In this document: piece by piece, positions 39,289 to 48,485 of the stretch | How positions within the stretch are numbered: the first letter of the stretch is position 1 | Layout of the letters: every line of letters starts with the position of its first letter | From: Phycisphaeraceae bacterium | Lineage (GTDB): Bacteria; Planctomycetota; Phycisphaerae; Phycisphaerales; Phycisphaeraceae | Assembly (NCBI GenBank): GCA_963674705.1 | Contig: OY771506.1 | Span: 1,056,001-1,120,000 of the forward strand | DNA length: 64,000 bases | Direction of reading: 5' to 3' | Translations under genes and position numbers: made by a program | The notes under the pieces: model-generated | The model's input: the letters and a program-made list of their open reading frames with translations, nothing else | The model's database searches: none | What the model was told of the DNA's origin: nothing

Positions 39289-40596
39289 TCAATCATGCGC
39301 CCATCTTGGTTGACCCGTTGCGTCAATCACGGCCGACCACATCTCGCCGTGCGGATCGACGCACTGCCTTTCACTGACCGCGAGTTTGATCGGGATATGG
39401 CAGAATCGGCCGTGCCACTTGCCGATGATCAGTTCGGTCCGGCCGGACATCGCGGCATGAACTGCATACGCAGCGAGACGGAAACATAGCACGCTGTCGG
39501 TCGGGGTCGCTGGAACGCCACGGATTATGTAACTCGGATCGATGTACTTCATCGAGATCGGTTTGTTGATCGTCTTGAAGTGTTCGATAATCCTGTCGCG
39601 CAGGAACACGCCGACATCCCCGAGCTTTTTGTTTCCCGATTTGTCTTTTCCTTCAACGGGACAGTACTTCTGGCCCGCCCCTTCGGCAACGACGATGACA
39701 GCGTGGCCCCTGGCGTCCATCCGTTTTTCTAGAGAGGCGAGCAGCCCGCCTTCACCTTCTAGTGGAAAATCAACCTCGGGTATAAGCACGTAGTTTACAT
39801 CATTGCTGGCAAGTGCAGCACCTGCGGAGATGAATCCGCTGTGTCGGCCCATGAGTTTGACCAGACCGATGCCTCGCCGGGCTCCACGTGCTTCATTGTG
39901 GGCCGCGGTCACAGCATCGTGAGCCATGGACGCAGCGGTAATCAGGCCGAAGCTTTGTTCGACGTATTTAATATCGTTGTCGATGGTCTTTGGAACCCCG
40001 ACGACGCTCATTTTTCTGCCGCTCTGTCGGGCCGCGGTGCTGATATCCAGCGCTCCGCGCAGAGTGCCATCCCCACCGATGCAGAACAGGATGTCAATAT
40101 TGAGAGAAGCTAGGTAATCCAGCATGACCTGGATATCCTGGGGACCTCGCGAAGACCCGAGCATCGTGCCGCCCTGCTCGTGGATCGAACCGACGACTTC
40201 CGGGCAGAGCTTGACCGGCTCGTGGCCGAACGCCGGGTTCAATCCTTCATAGCCGTAGCGGAATCCCAGGATGTTCCTGACACCGTAGCGGTGCCATAAC
40301 ACCATAGTTAAACCACGAATAACATCGTTTAGTCCGGGACATAATCCGCCACAGGTAACGATCCCGGCCGTGGTCTTGGCCGGGTCGAAGAACAACTTCA
40401 CCTCGGCCCCGGCTAATTCAAACGCCGGGCGCTCGCCTTCTACCGGATCGCGCGGAGGCCAGGCGTCGTCGAAAAGCATGTGTTTAAAGCGGTGAGAATC
40501 CCGGGCGGCGTTACGCGCTTCAAGCGTTTCCATGATTGGAGAATCATGGGTCGGTTCGCCGAGTGTTAATATTTTTAAATCATCGCTGGTCATCAT
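39289..40596 (-). CDS. pfkA: ATP-dependent 6-phosphofructokinase (PPi-PFK-related clade)
   Basis: TCGGLCPGLN, GTMLGSSRG, IGGDGT, PKTIDND, LMGRHSG, YIDPSY; start approx. 40596. Confidence 0.92.
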   Translation of the reverse strand: MMTSDDLKILTLGEPTHDSPIMETLEARNAARDSHRFKHMLFDDAWPPRDPVEGERPAFELAGAEVKLFFDPAKTTAGIVTCGGLCPGLNDVIRGLTMVLWHRYGVRNILGFRYGYEGLNPAFGHEPVKLCPEVVGSIHEQGGTMLGSSRGPQDIQVMLDYLASLNIDILFCIGGDGTLRGALDISTAARQSGRKMSVVGVPKTIDNDIKYVEQSFGLITAASMAHDAVTAAHNEARGARRGIGLVKLMGRHSGFISAGAALASNDVNYVLIPEVDFPLEGEGGLLASLEKRMDARGHAVIVVAEGAGQKYCPVEGKDKSGNKKLGDVGVFLRDRIIEHFKTINKPISMKYIDPSYIIRGVPATPTDSVLCFRLAAYAVHAAMSGRTELIIGKWHGRFCHIPIKLAVSERQCVDPHGEMWSAVIDATGQPRWAHD

Positions 40597-40692
40597 GCCG
40601 TTATCCAATTTGTAGTGTAAACTGTTGCGCTGCTTGTGTGAACACGGCGACGTTCCCACCCTATGTTACAGTCGCCTAGGTTGTGTAAGTAG

Positions 40693-41445
40693 TTGAACAG
40701 CACCCAGATTATCGTGATCGCGTTCGCCATGATGTTCGGTTGTGCCGTACAGGGCGCGGTTGGTTTTGGTTCCGGCCTGTTTGCCATCCCCCTGATGATC
40801 TGGGCTGGTGTCAGTTTACCTTCCGCCATTGCGATTTCGCTGCTGGGGATCGGTATCCAATGCGCATGGAACCTGCATCGTAACCGCGGGCAAGTTACTT
40901 TTCACGAACTGATACCGATATTTACCCTGCGTCTGGTGACGCTGCCGATTGGGATCTTCCTGCTGGGCCTGTTAGTGACTTTAGGCACCGCCCGAGTCAA
41001 GCAGGTGGTCGGCCTGATGATCGTGCTGGCCCTGATCATGCAGTGGGCGTTCCGTGTCAAGCCAAAAGAAAAGGTGGCCTACTACTGGACACTGCTGGCC
41101 GGGACGACCAGTGGCATCTTCGCGGGACTGGTCGGTCTGGGGGGGCCGCCGGTCGTACTTTGGGTAATGGCTCACGATTGGCCATCCAAAAAGTCCCGGG
41201 CATACCTCTGGGCGACATTCCTGATGCTCACACCGATTAACCTCGGCCTGCTGGTGTATCGGTTCCCCGATCAGACGCTTCACGCTCTACTCATTGGATT
41301 ATTCTTGTGTCCTCTGATGCTCATAGGCTCGGAGATCGGCCTCTGGACCGGCGGGAGAATGAACCGACAACGCCTCCGTACCGCGGCACTAAGCCTACTG
41401 CTTATCCTGGCGGTGATTTCGGTGCTCGGCCCGATCATGGGCTAG
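40693..41445 (+). CDS. TauE/SafE (TSUP) family membrane transporter
   Basis: QGAVGFGSGL...P and GLVGLGGPP repeats, about 8 TMs. Confidence 0.88.
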   Translation: MNSTQIIVIAFAMMFGCAVQGAVGFGSGLFAIPLMIWAGVSLPSAIAISLLGIGIQCAWNLHRNRGQVTFHELIPIFTLRLVTLPIGIFLLGLLVTLGTARVKQVVGLMIVLALIMQWAFRVKPKEKVAYYWTLLAGTTSGIFAGLVGLGGPPVVLWVMAHDWPSKKSRAYLWATFLMLTPINLGLLVYRFPDQTLHALLIGLFLCPLMLIGSEIGLWTGGRMNRQRLRTAALSLLLILAVISVLGPIMG

Positions 41446-41553
41446 AATCGCGCTCAGATTCATAAATACCGAACGAGCCGATTGAGATTACAGATTGGTT
41501 TTGTCGAAACAAGGCTCAAAACCTATCCAGTTATGGTAACCAGGAAAAGATGA

Positions 41554-41679
41554 TTGCTGCTGTTGCGTCGCAGGTGGTTTACTCGCAAGGCCCAGGTTCG
41601 CCAATGGTTCCTGGGGGTCATGTTCTGGGGTATTACAGTAATCCTGTCGAGTCTCGCCCTGATTCAGTTCCGGGATTGA
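41554..41679 (+). CDS. Candidate 41-aa single-TM small protein (not in ORF track)
   Basis: AGGA 8 nt before TTG; MLLLRRRWFTRKAQVRQWFLGVMFWGITVILSSLALIQFRD. Confidence 0.35.
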   Translation: MLLLRRRWFTRKAQVRQWFLGVMFWGITVILSSLALIQFRD

Positions 41680-41756
41680 CGCGCTCTCGCAAGAAAGCGT
41701 ACCTCAACGTACAATCTCCATTGGAGGAACCGTGAGCCCTAACCGTCGATTGCAGC

Positions 41757-43694
41757 ATGGCTAAAGCAACCCCACGTTCAACAAAAAAGAAGATAACCAA
41801 GAAGCGGACGCAAAAGCGCGCCAAGGCCGCCGCGTCCACAAGTACAGATGCGCCTGCCCCCCCTGCCGAGGAAACAACCTCGGATAAACCATCAGGCGTG
41901 GCCGCTCGTCGGGTCGAGCCGTTGCTGATTGAAGTTGCCTGGGAAGTCTGCAACCAGGTTGGCGGCATCTACACGGTGTTGCGATCGAAAGTCCCCAGTA
42001 TGGTCAGTCGTTGGGGCAGCCGGTATTGCCTGATCGGGCCGTACAACCCGCATACCGCCGAAGTTGAATTTGAACCGGCCCCGCTGGTCGGTGCAGTTGG
42101 ACAGGCAGTTAAACAACTGCAAGAGATGGGCTACCGGGCTCATTACGGACGCTGGCTGGTCAGCGGTCGGCCTCACGTCGTCCTGCTGGATGTCGGTTCG
42201 ATCGGCGGGATGCTCAACGAAGTGAAGTACCGGATCTGGTCGGACCACGGTATCCCTTCCAGCAACGAACCCACGGTCAGTGACTCGGCAGCATTCGGTG
42301 AAATGTGCCGGATGCTCCTCCAAATACTGGCGCAGAAAGAATCGCAGCGTAGGCAGCTCGTGGCCCACTTCCATGAATGGCAGGCCGGGGTCGCCATCCC
42401 CATGCTGCGAAAAGAAAATTGGCCCGGATCATTAGTCTTCACCACCCATGCGACGTTGATCGGCCGATACCTCGCGACAAGCAACGCCGCTTTTTACGAC
42501 CATCTGCCCTTCCTCAACGGTGACCAGGAAGCTAAAAACTTCAATGTCCACGCGCAGCACTCGATTGAAAAGGCCGCAGCACACGGTTCACATGTGTTCA
42601 CAACCGTCTCCGATGTGACCGCACAGGAATGTACGCACCTGCTCGGCCGAACACCGGATATGCTGCTTCCGAATGGTTTGAACATCCGCCGATTCACCGC
42701 GATCCACGAGTTTCAAACCCTGCACCAGAGTTATAAGGAACGGTTACACGAATTCTCGATCGGGCACTTCTTCCCAAGCTACAGCTTTGATCTGGATAAC
42801 ACCTTGTATATGTTCACCTCGGGTCGCTACGAATACCTGAACAAAGGCATGGATGTGACCATCGAAGCGCTGGCTCGTTTGAATCACCGGCTGCGTGAAA
42901 CTGCCAGCCCGATGACGGTGGTGTTCTTTATCATCACCAAGGCGCCGTTCCGCTCGATCAATGTTCGGGCGTTGCAGACACGCGCGATGCTTAATGAGTT
43001 CCGCACCGCCGCGGACGCGGTTAAGGATTCTGTCGGCAGCGGTCTGTTCCTTTCAGCCACAGCCGGTGAAGTGCCGGACCTGAACACCTTGATGGAAGAT
43101 TACTGGCGGCTTCGACTTCGTCGGGCCATTCATGCCTGGAAGAGCAAAGCCCCCCCCGCCATCGTCACACACGACCTGATCGATGACGCCAACGATCCGG
43201 TCCTCAATCAACTGCGTAACTGCCGGTTGTTTAATCTGGAGGGTGACCCGGTCAAGGTCGTCTTCCATCCGGACTTTGTGCAAGCAACCAATCCATTGTT
43301 CGGAATGGAATACGACCAGTTTGTTCGCGGATGTCACCTCGGCGTGTTCCCGAGTTATTACGAGCCGTGGGGTTACACCCCGCTTGAGTCGATTGCCTTG
43401 GGCGTACCGGCGGTAACCAGCGATCTATCCGGTTTCGGCTCCTACTTGAAGCAACTTATGCCCGACCATGCTTCTAAGGGTATTTACGTAGTACCGCGAC
43501 GTCACTGCGACTTCCACCGGGCCGCAGAAGAACTGACCGATCGCTTGTTCCGATTTGTTTCATTGGGTCGTCGTGACCGTGTCATGCTGCGGAACTCCGT
43601 TGAATCCTTCAGCGAACACTTCGACTGGCACAACCTCGGTCGTCGTTATCATGAAACGCACGACCTGGCACTAGACCGCGCCGGCGGAGCATGA
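41757..43694 (+). CDS. Glycogen synthase, GT3 family
   Basis: WEVCNQVGGIYTV, HFHEW, FTTHAT, GRYEYLNKG, FPSYYEPWGYTPLE. Confidence 0.93.
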   Translation: MAKATPRSTKKKITKKRTQKRAKAAASTSTDAPAPPAEETTSDKPSGVAARRVEPLLIEVAWEVCNQVGGIYTVLRSKVPSMVSRWGSRYCLIGPYNPHTAEVEFEPAPLVGAVGQAVKQLQEMGYRAHYGRWLVSGRPHVVLLDVGSIGGMLNEVKYRIWSDHGIPSSNEPTVSDSAAFGEMCRMLLQILAQKESQRRQLVAHFHEWQAGVAIPMLRKENWPGSLVFTTHATLIGRYLATSNAAFYDHLPFLNGDQEAKNFNVHAQHSIEKAAAHGSHVFTTVSDVTAQECTHLLGRTPDMLLPNGLNIRRFTAIHEFQTLHQSYKERLHEFSIGHFFPSYSFDLDNTLYMFTSGRYEYLNKGMDVTIEALARLNHRLRETASPMTVVFFIITKAPFRSINVRALQTRAMLNEFRTAADAVKDSVGSGLFLSATAGEVPDLNTLMEDYWRLRLRRAIHAWKSKAPPAIVTHDLIDDANDPVLNQLRNCRLFNLEGDPVKVVFHPDFVQATNPLFGMEYDQFVRGCHLGVFPSYYEPWGYTPLESIALGVPAVTSDLSGFGSYLKQLMPDHASKGIYVVPRRHCDFHRAAEELTDRLFRFVSLGRRDRVMLRNSVESFSEHFDWHNLGRRYHETHDLALDRAGGA

Positions 43695-43711
43695 GTACGT
43701 TGCCCAGCAAC

Positions 43712-43755
43712 TGTGCGCAGAATGTTCATTTTTCTTGATCAATTATTTGCGCACA
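43712..43755. terminator. Inverted repeat after glycogen synthase
   Basis: tgtgcgca ... tgcgcaca arms with an AT-rich interior. Confidence 0.45.
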
Positions 43756-43925
43756 AAATCGCTCAATGATTCAACTAACAGGGGCAAGGTAGCCGATTGA
43801 AGTTCTTAAATCGATGCGCATGGCAAATGCGTTTCTTGTTCTTGCGGCTTTTTCAAAGCAGCATTGCTGTGCGTCTGTTACTCCTTTGGTCAACCTGACT
43901 TTAATAGATCCAACGGGGATGGGGT

Positions 43926-44315
43926 ATGTCATCACAGAGTCTGCACGCCAACGATCAATTACGCAAGGCAATCGGAAAACTGATCAGGGGTCTCGAAAAA
44001 CGGGAACGTGAACTGCGTGAACGTCGTCAGTACCACCGCTTCAATTTTGGTGTGAAAGTCGGTCTTTGTAAGAAGTCGCCGGGTGGCAATCTCGAAAAAT
44101 ACTGTGATGCATGGGCGCTTGACCTTTCCATCGGCGGTATCGGATTCATGTCGGAACACACAATCAATGTTGGTGATGTCGTGTACATCAGTTTTGAGGA
44201 CTTGATCGGCACACATTCATATATCCCAATCATTGTGAGAAACTCAAGACACCTCGTCGGTAGTGTTTACCAGGTCAACGGACAGTTTGATTTCGATACC
44301 GAAGCCGAATCCTGA
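43926..44315 (+). CDS. PilZ domain protein
   Basis: RxxxR (RQYHR) and DxSxxG (DLSIGG). Confidence 0.85.
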   Translation: MSSQSLHANDQLRKAIGKLIRGLEKRERELRERRQYHRFNFGVKVGLCKKSPGGNLEKYCDAWALDLSIGGIGFMSEHTINVGDVVYISFEDLIGTHSYIPIIVRNSRHLVGSVYQVNGQFDFDTEAES

Positions 44316-44333
44316 GTTCCCAAACCGGAGGCT

Positions 44334-45548
44334 TCAGCTTAAAGACAAGATTAGCGAAACGACCTCGTAACTAAGCGTCGCACCGCGCCGTTCAACCAAA
44401 CGTTGCATCACCTGTGTTAATTTTTCGGGATCGGCCGGGGAATAACCATTATCCGTATAAAACCCTTTGGCCTTAGCGAGCTTTGGCGCCCACCCGGAAA
44501 CCGCCAGCATACAAGCCGGATGTATTACCGCCCCGGTTGGCAGGTGGGTGCCGACCGCTGTACGTACGTAGTCGCCAATCATCGCACCTAGAAATGTTCT
44601 GCCGGAGTCTTCATCACCAGCGTCATCATCAATGCATAAACGCACAGATCCATATGTATTCTTAAGGTTTGATGTGGTGGTGCCCGAACCGAGGTTCACC
44701 CATTCACCAATCAAACTGTCTCCCACAAAACCGATATGAGCTTTATTGCTGTAACCGTGGAAGATACTGGATGAAACCTCGCCCCCGATCCTGCAAGTCG
44801 GTCCGATGACGGTGTTGGGTCTGATCCATGTGTGTGGCATGACGATCGTGTCAGGCCCGATGTAGCACGGCCCCTGCAGCACCGTAAATGATCGAACCTC
44901 TGTGTGTGCATCAATTACAATCGGTCCCTGCTCAGCATCCAAGACAACGTACGGCATCAGTCGTGCGTGTTGATTGACTTTGATCGTGTGCTGACCGATC
45001 ACAGTAGTCGCTGCGTATTTGCTTGCATCGATCAGCGATGTCGGATCGGCTTCCAGATCAGCGGCAAGTGACAAAGGCAATTCGTCCAGAATATGCCAGG
45101 GGCGATCTATCAATACTCGTTCACGCAAGCGAAGTGTCGTAATGTGATCAGGCAACAAACGACATCCACTTTTAAGGAATCGGCCGGCCAACTGCGCATC
45201 AAGATAAACAGCGACGACCTGTCCATCGCTTTGAACCACCGCCTGGTTCTTAGCGAGTCCGCGCACCTGCTCCGCGAAACGTAAACCCAGCCATCGGCCG
45301 TTCACCAAAAGAATAGACTCGCCCGGTATGTCCTGCGGATTAACCACTCGATCCGGAAAAGCGTTATTCAAGACCCCACAGAGTCTTTTAGGAGCCCACA
45401 AGCCATAAGCTCTGTTGCCAAGAATCCGCTCGACCCGTTCCCGGGTCGTTACGGCTCCTGTACGTGCCTGAAAGATCGCCCGCAGGGATGTAATAGGGCC
45501 AAACCGCCCACCTGAATCGTCATAAATAATGAGAGTGGGCATGTTCAT
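44334..45548 (-). CDS. GlmU-like putative sugar nucleotidyltransferase with left-handed beta-helix
   Basis: FGPITSLR, LLVNGRW, hexapeptide repeats, NKAHIGFVGDS, WVNLG, SNLKNTY. Confidence 0.82.
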   Translation of the reverse strand: MNMPTLIIYDDSGGRFGPITSLRAIFQARTGAVTTRERVERILGNRAYGLWAPKRLCGVLNNAFPDRVVNPQDIPGESILLVNGRWLGLRFAEQVRGLAKNQAVVQSDGQVVAVYLDAQLAGRFLKSGCRLLPDHITTLRLRERVLIDRPWHILDELPLSLAADLEADPTSLIDASKYAATTVIGQHTIKVNQHARLMPYVVLDAEQGPIVIDAHTEVRSFTVLQGPCYIGPDTIVMPHTWIRPNTVIGPTCRIGGEVSSSIFHGYSNKAHIGFVGDSLIGEWVNLGSGTTTSNLKNTYGSVRLCIDDDAGDEDSGRTFLGAMIGDYVRTAVGTHLPTGAVIHPACMLAVSGWAPKLAKAKGFYTDNGYSPADPEKLTQVMQRLVERRGATLSYEVVSLILSLS

Positions 45549-45625
45549 ATCAAAAACACTAAATCATACACGTTCGCGGACCTAACGGAGTAACCTTATT
45601 CAGTGCCATACTAGGGAAATGACCA

Positions 45626-45654
45626 TTGACAGAAGGGATTACGTTTCATAGGGT
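45626..45654 (+). promoter_or_regulatory. dnaA promoter
   Basis: TTGACA-N17-TAGGGT. Confidence 0.7.
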
Positions 45655-45660
45655 GGGTGT

Positions 45661-45669
45661 TGTGGATAA
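45661..45669 (-). promoter_or_regulatory. Consensus DnaA box
   Basis: TGTGGATAA = reverse complement of TTATCCACA, at the predicted dnaA transcription start. Confidence 0.85.
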
Positions 45670-45779
45670 CGGTTGAACAAGATCGTTGCATGCGACAAAA
45701 CGGAGGGCCACGCGAAAATAACCTTTCCACGACGCAGAGCTCAGTTGGTCGTTAACGATAACCCTTTAGTTTTCTCAAT

Positions 45780-47180
45780 ATGCCGAATATTGATCCCGCG
45801 CTTTGGCGTGACATGATGGCGTACCTGCGCAAGCGGCACAGCTCCATTTGCCGACAGTGGTTCGAGGAGTTGGAGCCTATTGACCTCAAGGGCGGTCTGC
45901 TGCGCGTCGCCACGACTAACAGTGTCCAGGAAAAATACCTGCAAAGTAAGTGTCTGGATCACTTCAATGAAGCCGCTCAGGCCGTCACGGGGGCTTTAAT
46001 CGGCATACGATTCATCACTCAAGACCGTTCTGGGGTTGACTCAGGCGATCCGGCACCCGCTCCCGAGGTCACGATCACCGCCAGCATCCCGCCTCGACCT
46101 TCACGAACATCAGGTAGCTCGAGCTTTGATGCGGATCAGATGCTACTGAGCCCCGATTACAGCTTCGATAACTTCGTAACAGGGCCTAACAATCAACTCG
46201 CTTACGCCGCCAGTGTCGCGGTCGCCAACCAGCCTGGGACGGCCTACAACCCGATTTTCATCCATGGTGGTGTAGGGCTGGGTAAAACACACCTCCTTCA
46301 GGCCATCTGTCAGAGCATCATTCATAAAGCTCCTGATACCGAGATCCTCTACGTCTCCTGCGATGCTTTCATGAATCAGTTCATTGAATGTGTTCAATCA
46401 GGCAAAATGAGCGAGTTCCGCGAGCGATACCGCCATGTGGACGTGCTGGTCATAGACGACATCCACTTCTTGGCCAGTCGCGACCGTTCACAGGAAGAGT
46501 TCTTCCATACATTTAACGACTTATATCAATCAAACCGGCAGATCGTGCTGTCCTCGGACGCCGCGCCCGATGAAATCAACGATCTGGAAGAGCGACTGGT
46601 CAGCCGGTTCCAATGGGGTCTGATCGCCGAGGTCACCAAGCCCGGCTACGAAACCCGCGTTGCGATCCTTAAAGCCAAATGTGAGTTGCGTGGCATTACC
46701 ATGCCAAACGACGTCCTGGCCTACCTGGCGACCAAGATCGACTCCAACGCTCGAGAGCTGGAAGGGGCTGTGATCAACGTTCAGGCCCACGCCGAGCTAC
46801 AGGGTCGGGCAGTGGACCTCCGTATTGCTCAAGAGGCCCTCAGGGAGCCGGACGTCGGCTCAAAGCACAGCCAGGTGACGCTCCAGCACATCATCGACGT
46901 CGTCACCTCGTTCTACGGCGTCAAACTAAGCGATCTTCAGTCCCGCCGACGGCACAAGTCCGTCACGGAGCCGCGACAGGTTTGTATGTGGCTGGCACGC
47001 AAACGAACAAGGTTCAGCCTGGAAGAGATCGGCGGGTACTTTGGCGGCCGCGATCACACCACCGTAATGCACTCGATCCGGACGGTTAATAATAAGACTG
47101 AAAAAGACAAGGACTTCGGTAAACAGATGCAACATCTGGAAGACCTCGTCAGCCAAGGCGCCGGGATTTCCACAGGCTAA
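45780..47180 (+). CDS. dnaA: Chromosomal replication initiator
   Basis: YSFDNFV, YNPIFIHGGVGLGKTHLL, IDDIHF, QEEFFHTFN, RLVSRF, NARELEGA, GGRDHTTVMH. Confidence 0.98.
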   Translation: MPNIDPALWRDMMAYLRKRHSSICRQWFEELEPIDLKGGLLRVATTNSVQEKYLQSKCLDHFNEAAQAVTGALIGIRFITQDRSGVDSGDPAPAPEVTITASIPPRPSRTSGSSSFDADQMLLSPDYSFDNFVTGPNNQLAYAASVAVANQPGTAYNPIFIHGGVGLGKTHLLQAICQSIIHKAPDTEILYVSCDAFMNQFIECVQSGKMSEFRERYRHVDVLVIDDIHFLASRDRSQEEFFHTFNDLYQSNRQIVLSSDAAPDEINDLEERLVSRFQWGLIAEVTKPGYETRVAILKAKCELRGITMPNDVLAYLATKIDSNARELEGAVINVQAHAELQGRAVDLRIAQEALREPDVGSKHSQVTLQHIIDVVTSFYGVKLSDLQSRRRHKSVTEPRQVCMWLARKRTRFSLEEIGGYFGGRDHTTVMHSIRTVNNKTEKDKDFGKQMQHLEDLVSQGAGISTG

Positions 47181-47540
47181 ACACATACTTGCCGACAGCC
47201 TGTGGGTTGTATGGGTTTGCCTTTCTTGATTCGGCCTGTCGTTAATTCTGTGGGTTGACTGTAGAAAAGCGCGCGATTCTGAACGCGTACAGGTCAATAT
47301 CGCATCTCAGCTTGGTCTTTAACGACCGTCGATCTGTTGAACCTAGTCATTAACATTCTCTAAATCTGTTCAACCGATTTCGATCACCGAGTTACCGACA
47401 AGCTTTCCGCCTCGTGGTTTGTTATGTAAACACAATTATATAAACATCTTATAATCACCAAACCCTGTTTTCCCCCAATAACAACAAGCGTTACTACTAG
47501 AGAAGATGAAGTTTATATTAATCTACTAATAGTAAACCTC
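47166..47540. other. Probable replication origin (oriC)
   Basis: Non-coding, AT-rich, many degenerate DnaA-box-like 9-mers; tandem boxes + AGCG + TTACTACTA trio-like run at 47469-47499. Confidence 0.7.
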
Positions 47541-47556
47541 ACCTCTACTCCCATGC

Positions 47557-48381
47557 TCATGTCGTCTGACACGCATGGCAATAAACCGTGTTTCGTCCTG
47601 CCAGCGTATCGCTTGATAGCTCGGTACCACACCGCACGCATGGCTGACCCGATCGCCCGTAAACCTTATGCGATATCTGAAACGCACCTGTCTGTCCCTT
47701 GGCGCCAACGTAATCCCGCAAGGTGGAACCACCGCTCTGGATAGCCCGCCTCAATAAACACCTCATCTGGTGAACCAACCGCCTGGCCTGGTCCTCGTTA
47801 AGCTCGCTGGCTCGCTGTTGAGGGCGGATCCTGCAAAGGAAAAGCAGTTCATCCACATAAATATTGCCCAGACCCGCTACCACGGATTGATCCAGCAATG
47901 CCGCTTTGATGGCCCGTTGGGTACTTCTCAGGCTGGATAGAAGCTGCCTGGGCTTAATGACCAGAGCATCCGGCCCAAGATGCACCCACCTCTGCTCAAC
48001 AAGCTCCTGTTTGGACCCGAACGTCCACAACCCGCCAAACCGCCTCGGATCTCTGAAAACCAGATGCCCGTCATCTGATAAATGCCAGATCACATGCGTA
48101 TGGGTGTCAGCCTCAAAGACTTCTGCCGGATCGTAGTATCGCAGTGAACCCGTCATCCCCAAGTGAACGCATACACATGGGCCATCCCCATCGCTGAGAA
48201 GTACCAGTTGCTTGCCAAGCCGCTCAATGCCTGCGATCTGTTTGCCCTTTAACAGATCGTCCGGTCTCTTCTTGCCCGTTACCACATCCGCCCGCTGCAG
48301 ACTTACTTGGCGTACGGCCCGACCGACCACTGTTTCCAGCAGCCCCAGGCGGACATTTTCGACTTCTGGTAATTCGGGCAT
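47557..48381 (-). CDS. mutM: Formamidopyrimidine-DNA glycosylase
   Basis: MPELPEVE, HLGMTG, DPRRFG, GLGNIY, C-terminal CxxC...CxxC finger. Confidence 0.96.
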   Translation of the reverse strand: MPELPEVENVRLGLLETVVGRAVRQVSLQRADVVTGKKRPDDLLKGKQIAGIERLGKQLVLLSDGDGPCVCVHLGMTGSLRYYDPAEVFEADTHTHVIWHLSDDGHLVFRDPRRFGGLWTFGSKQELVEQRWVHLGPDALVIKPRQLLSSLRSTQRAIKAALLDQSVVAGLGNIYVDELLFLCRIRPQQRASELNEDQARRLVHQMRCLLRRAIQSGGSTLRDYVGAKGQTGAFQISHKVYGRSGQPCVRCGTELSSDTLAGRNTVYCHACQTT

Positions 48382-48485
48382 GATTGCATTCTACGCGCGG
48401 TATACGGGTTTTCATCTGAACAGCTATGCAAGTACAGGGGTATACTTAGCTATACCCTCAATCCCCCATTAGGCCGGGAGAAAAC

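Noticed and set aside
43771..43799. Sigma-28-like GCCGAT upstream of the PilZ gene
   Set aside because: -35 element and spacing do not fit TAAA-N15-GCCGATAA
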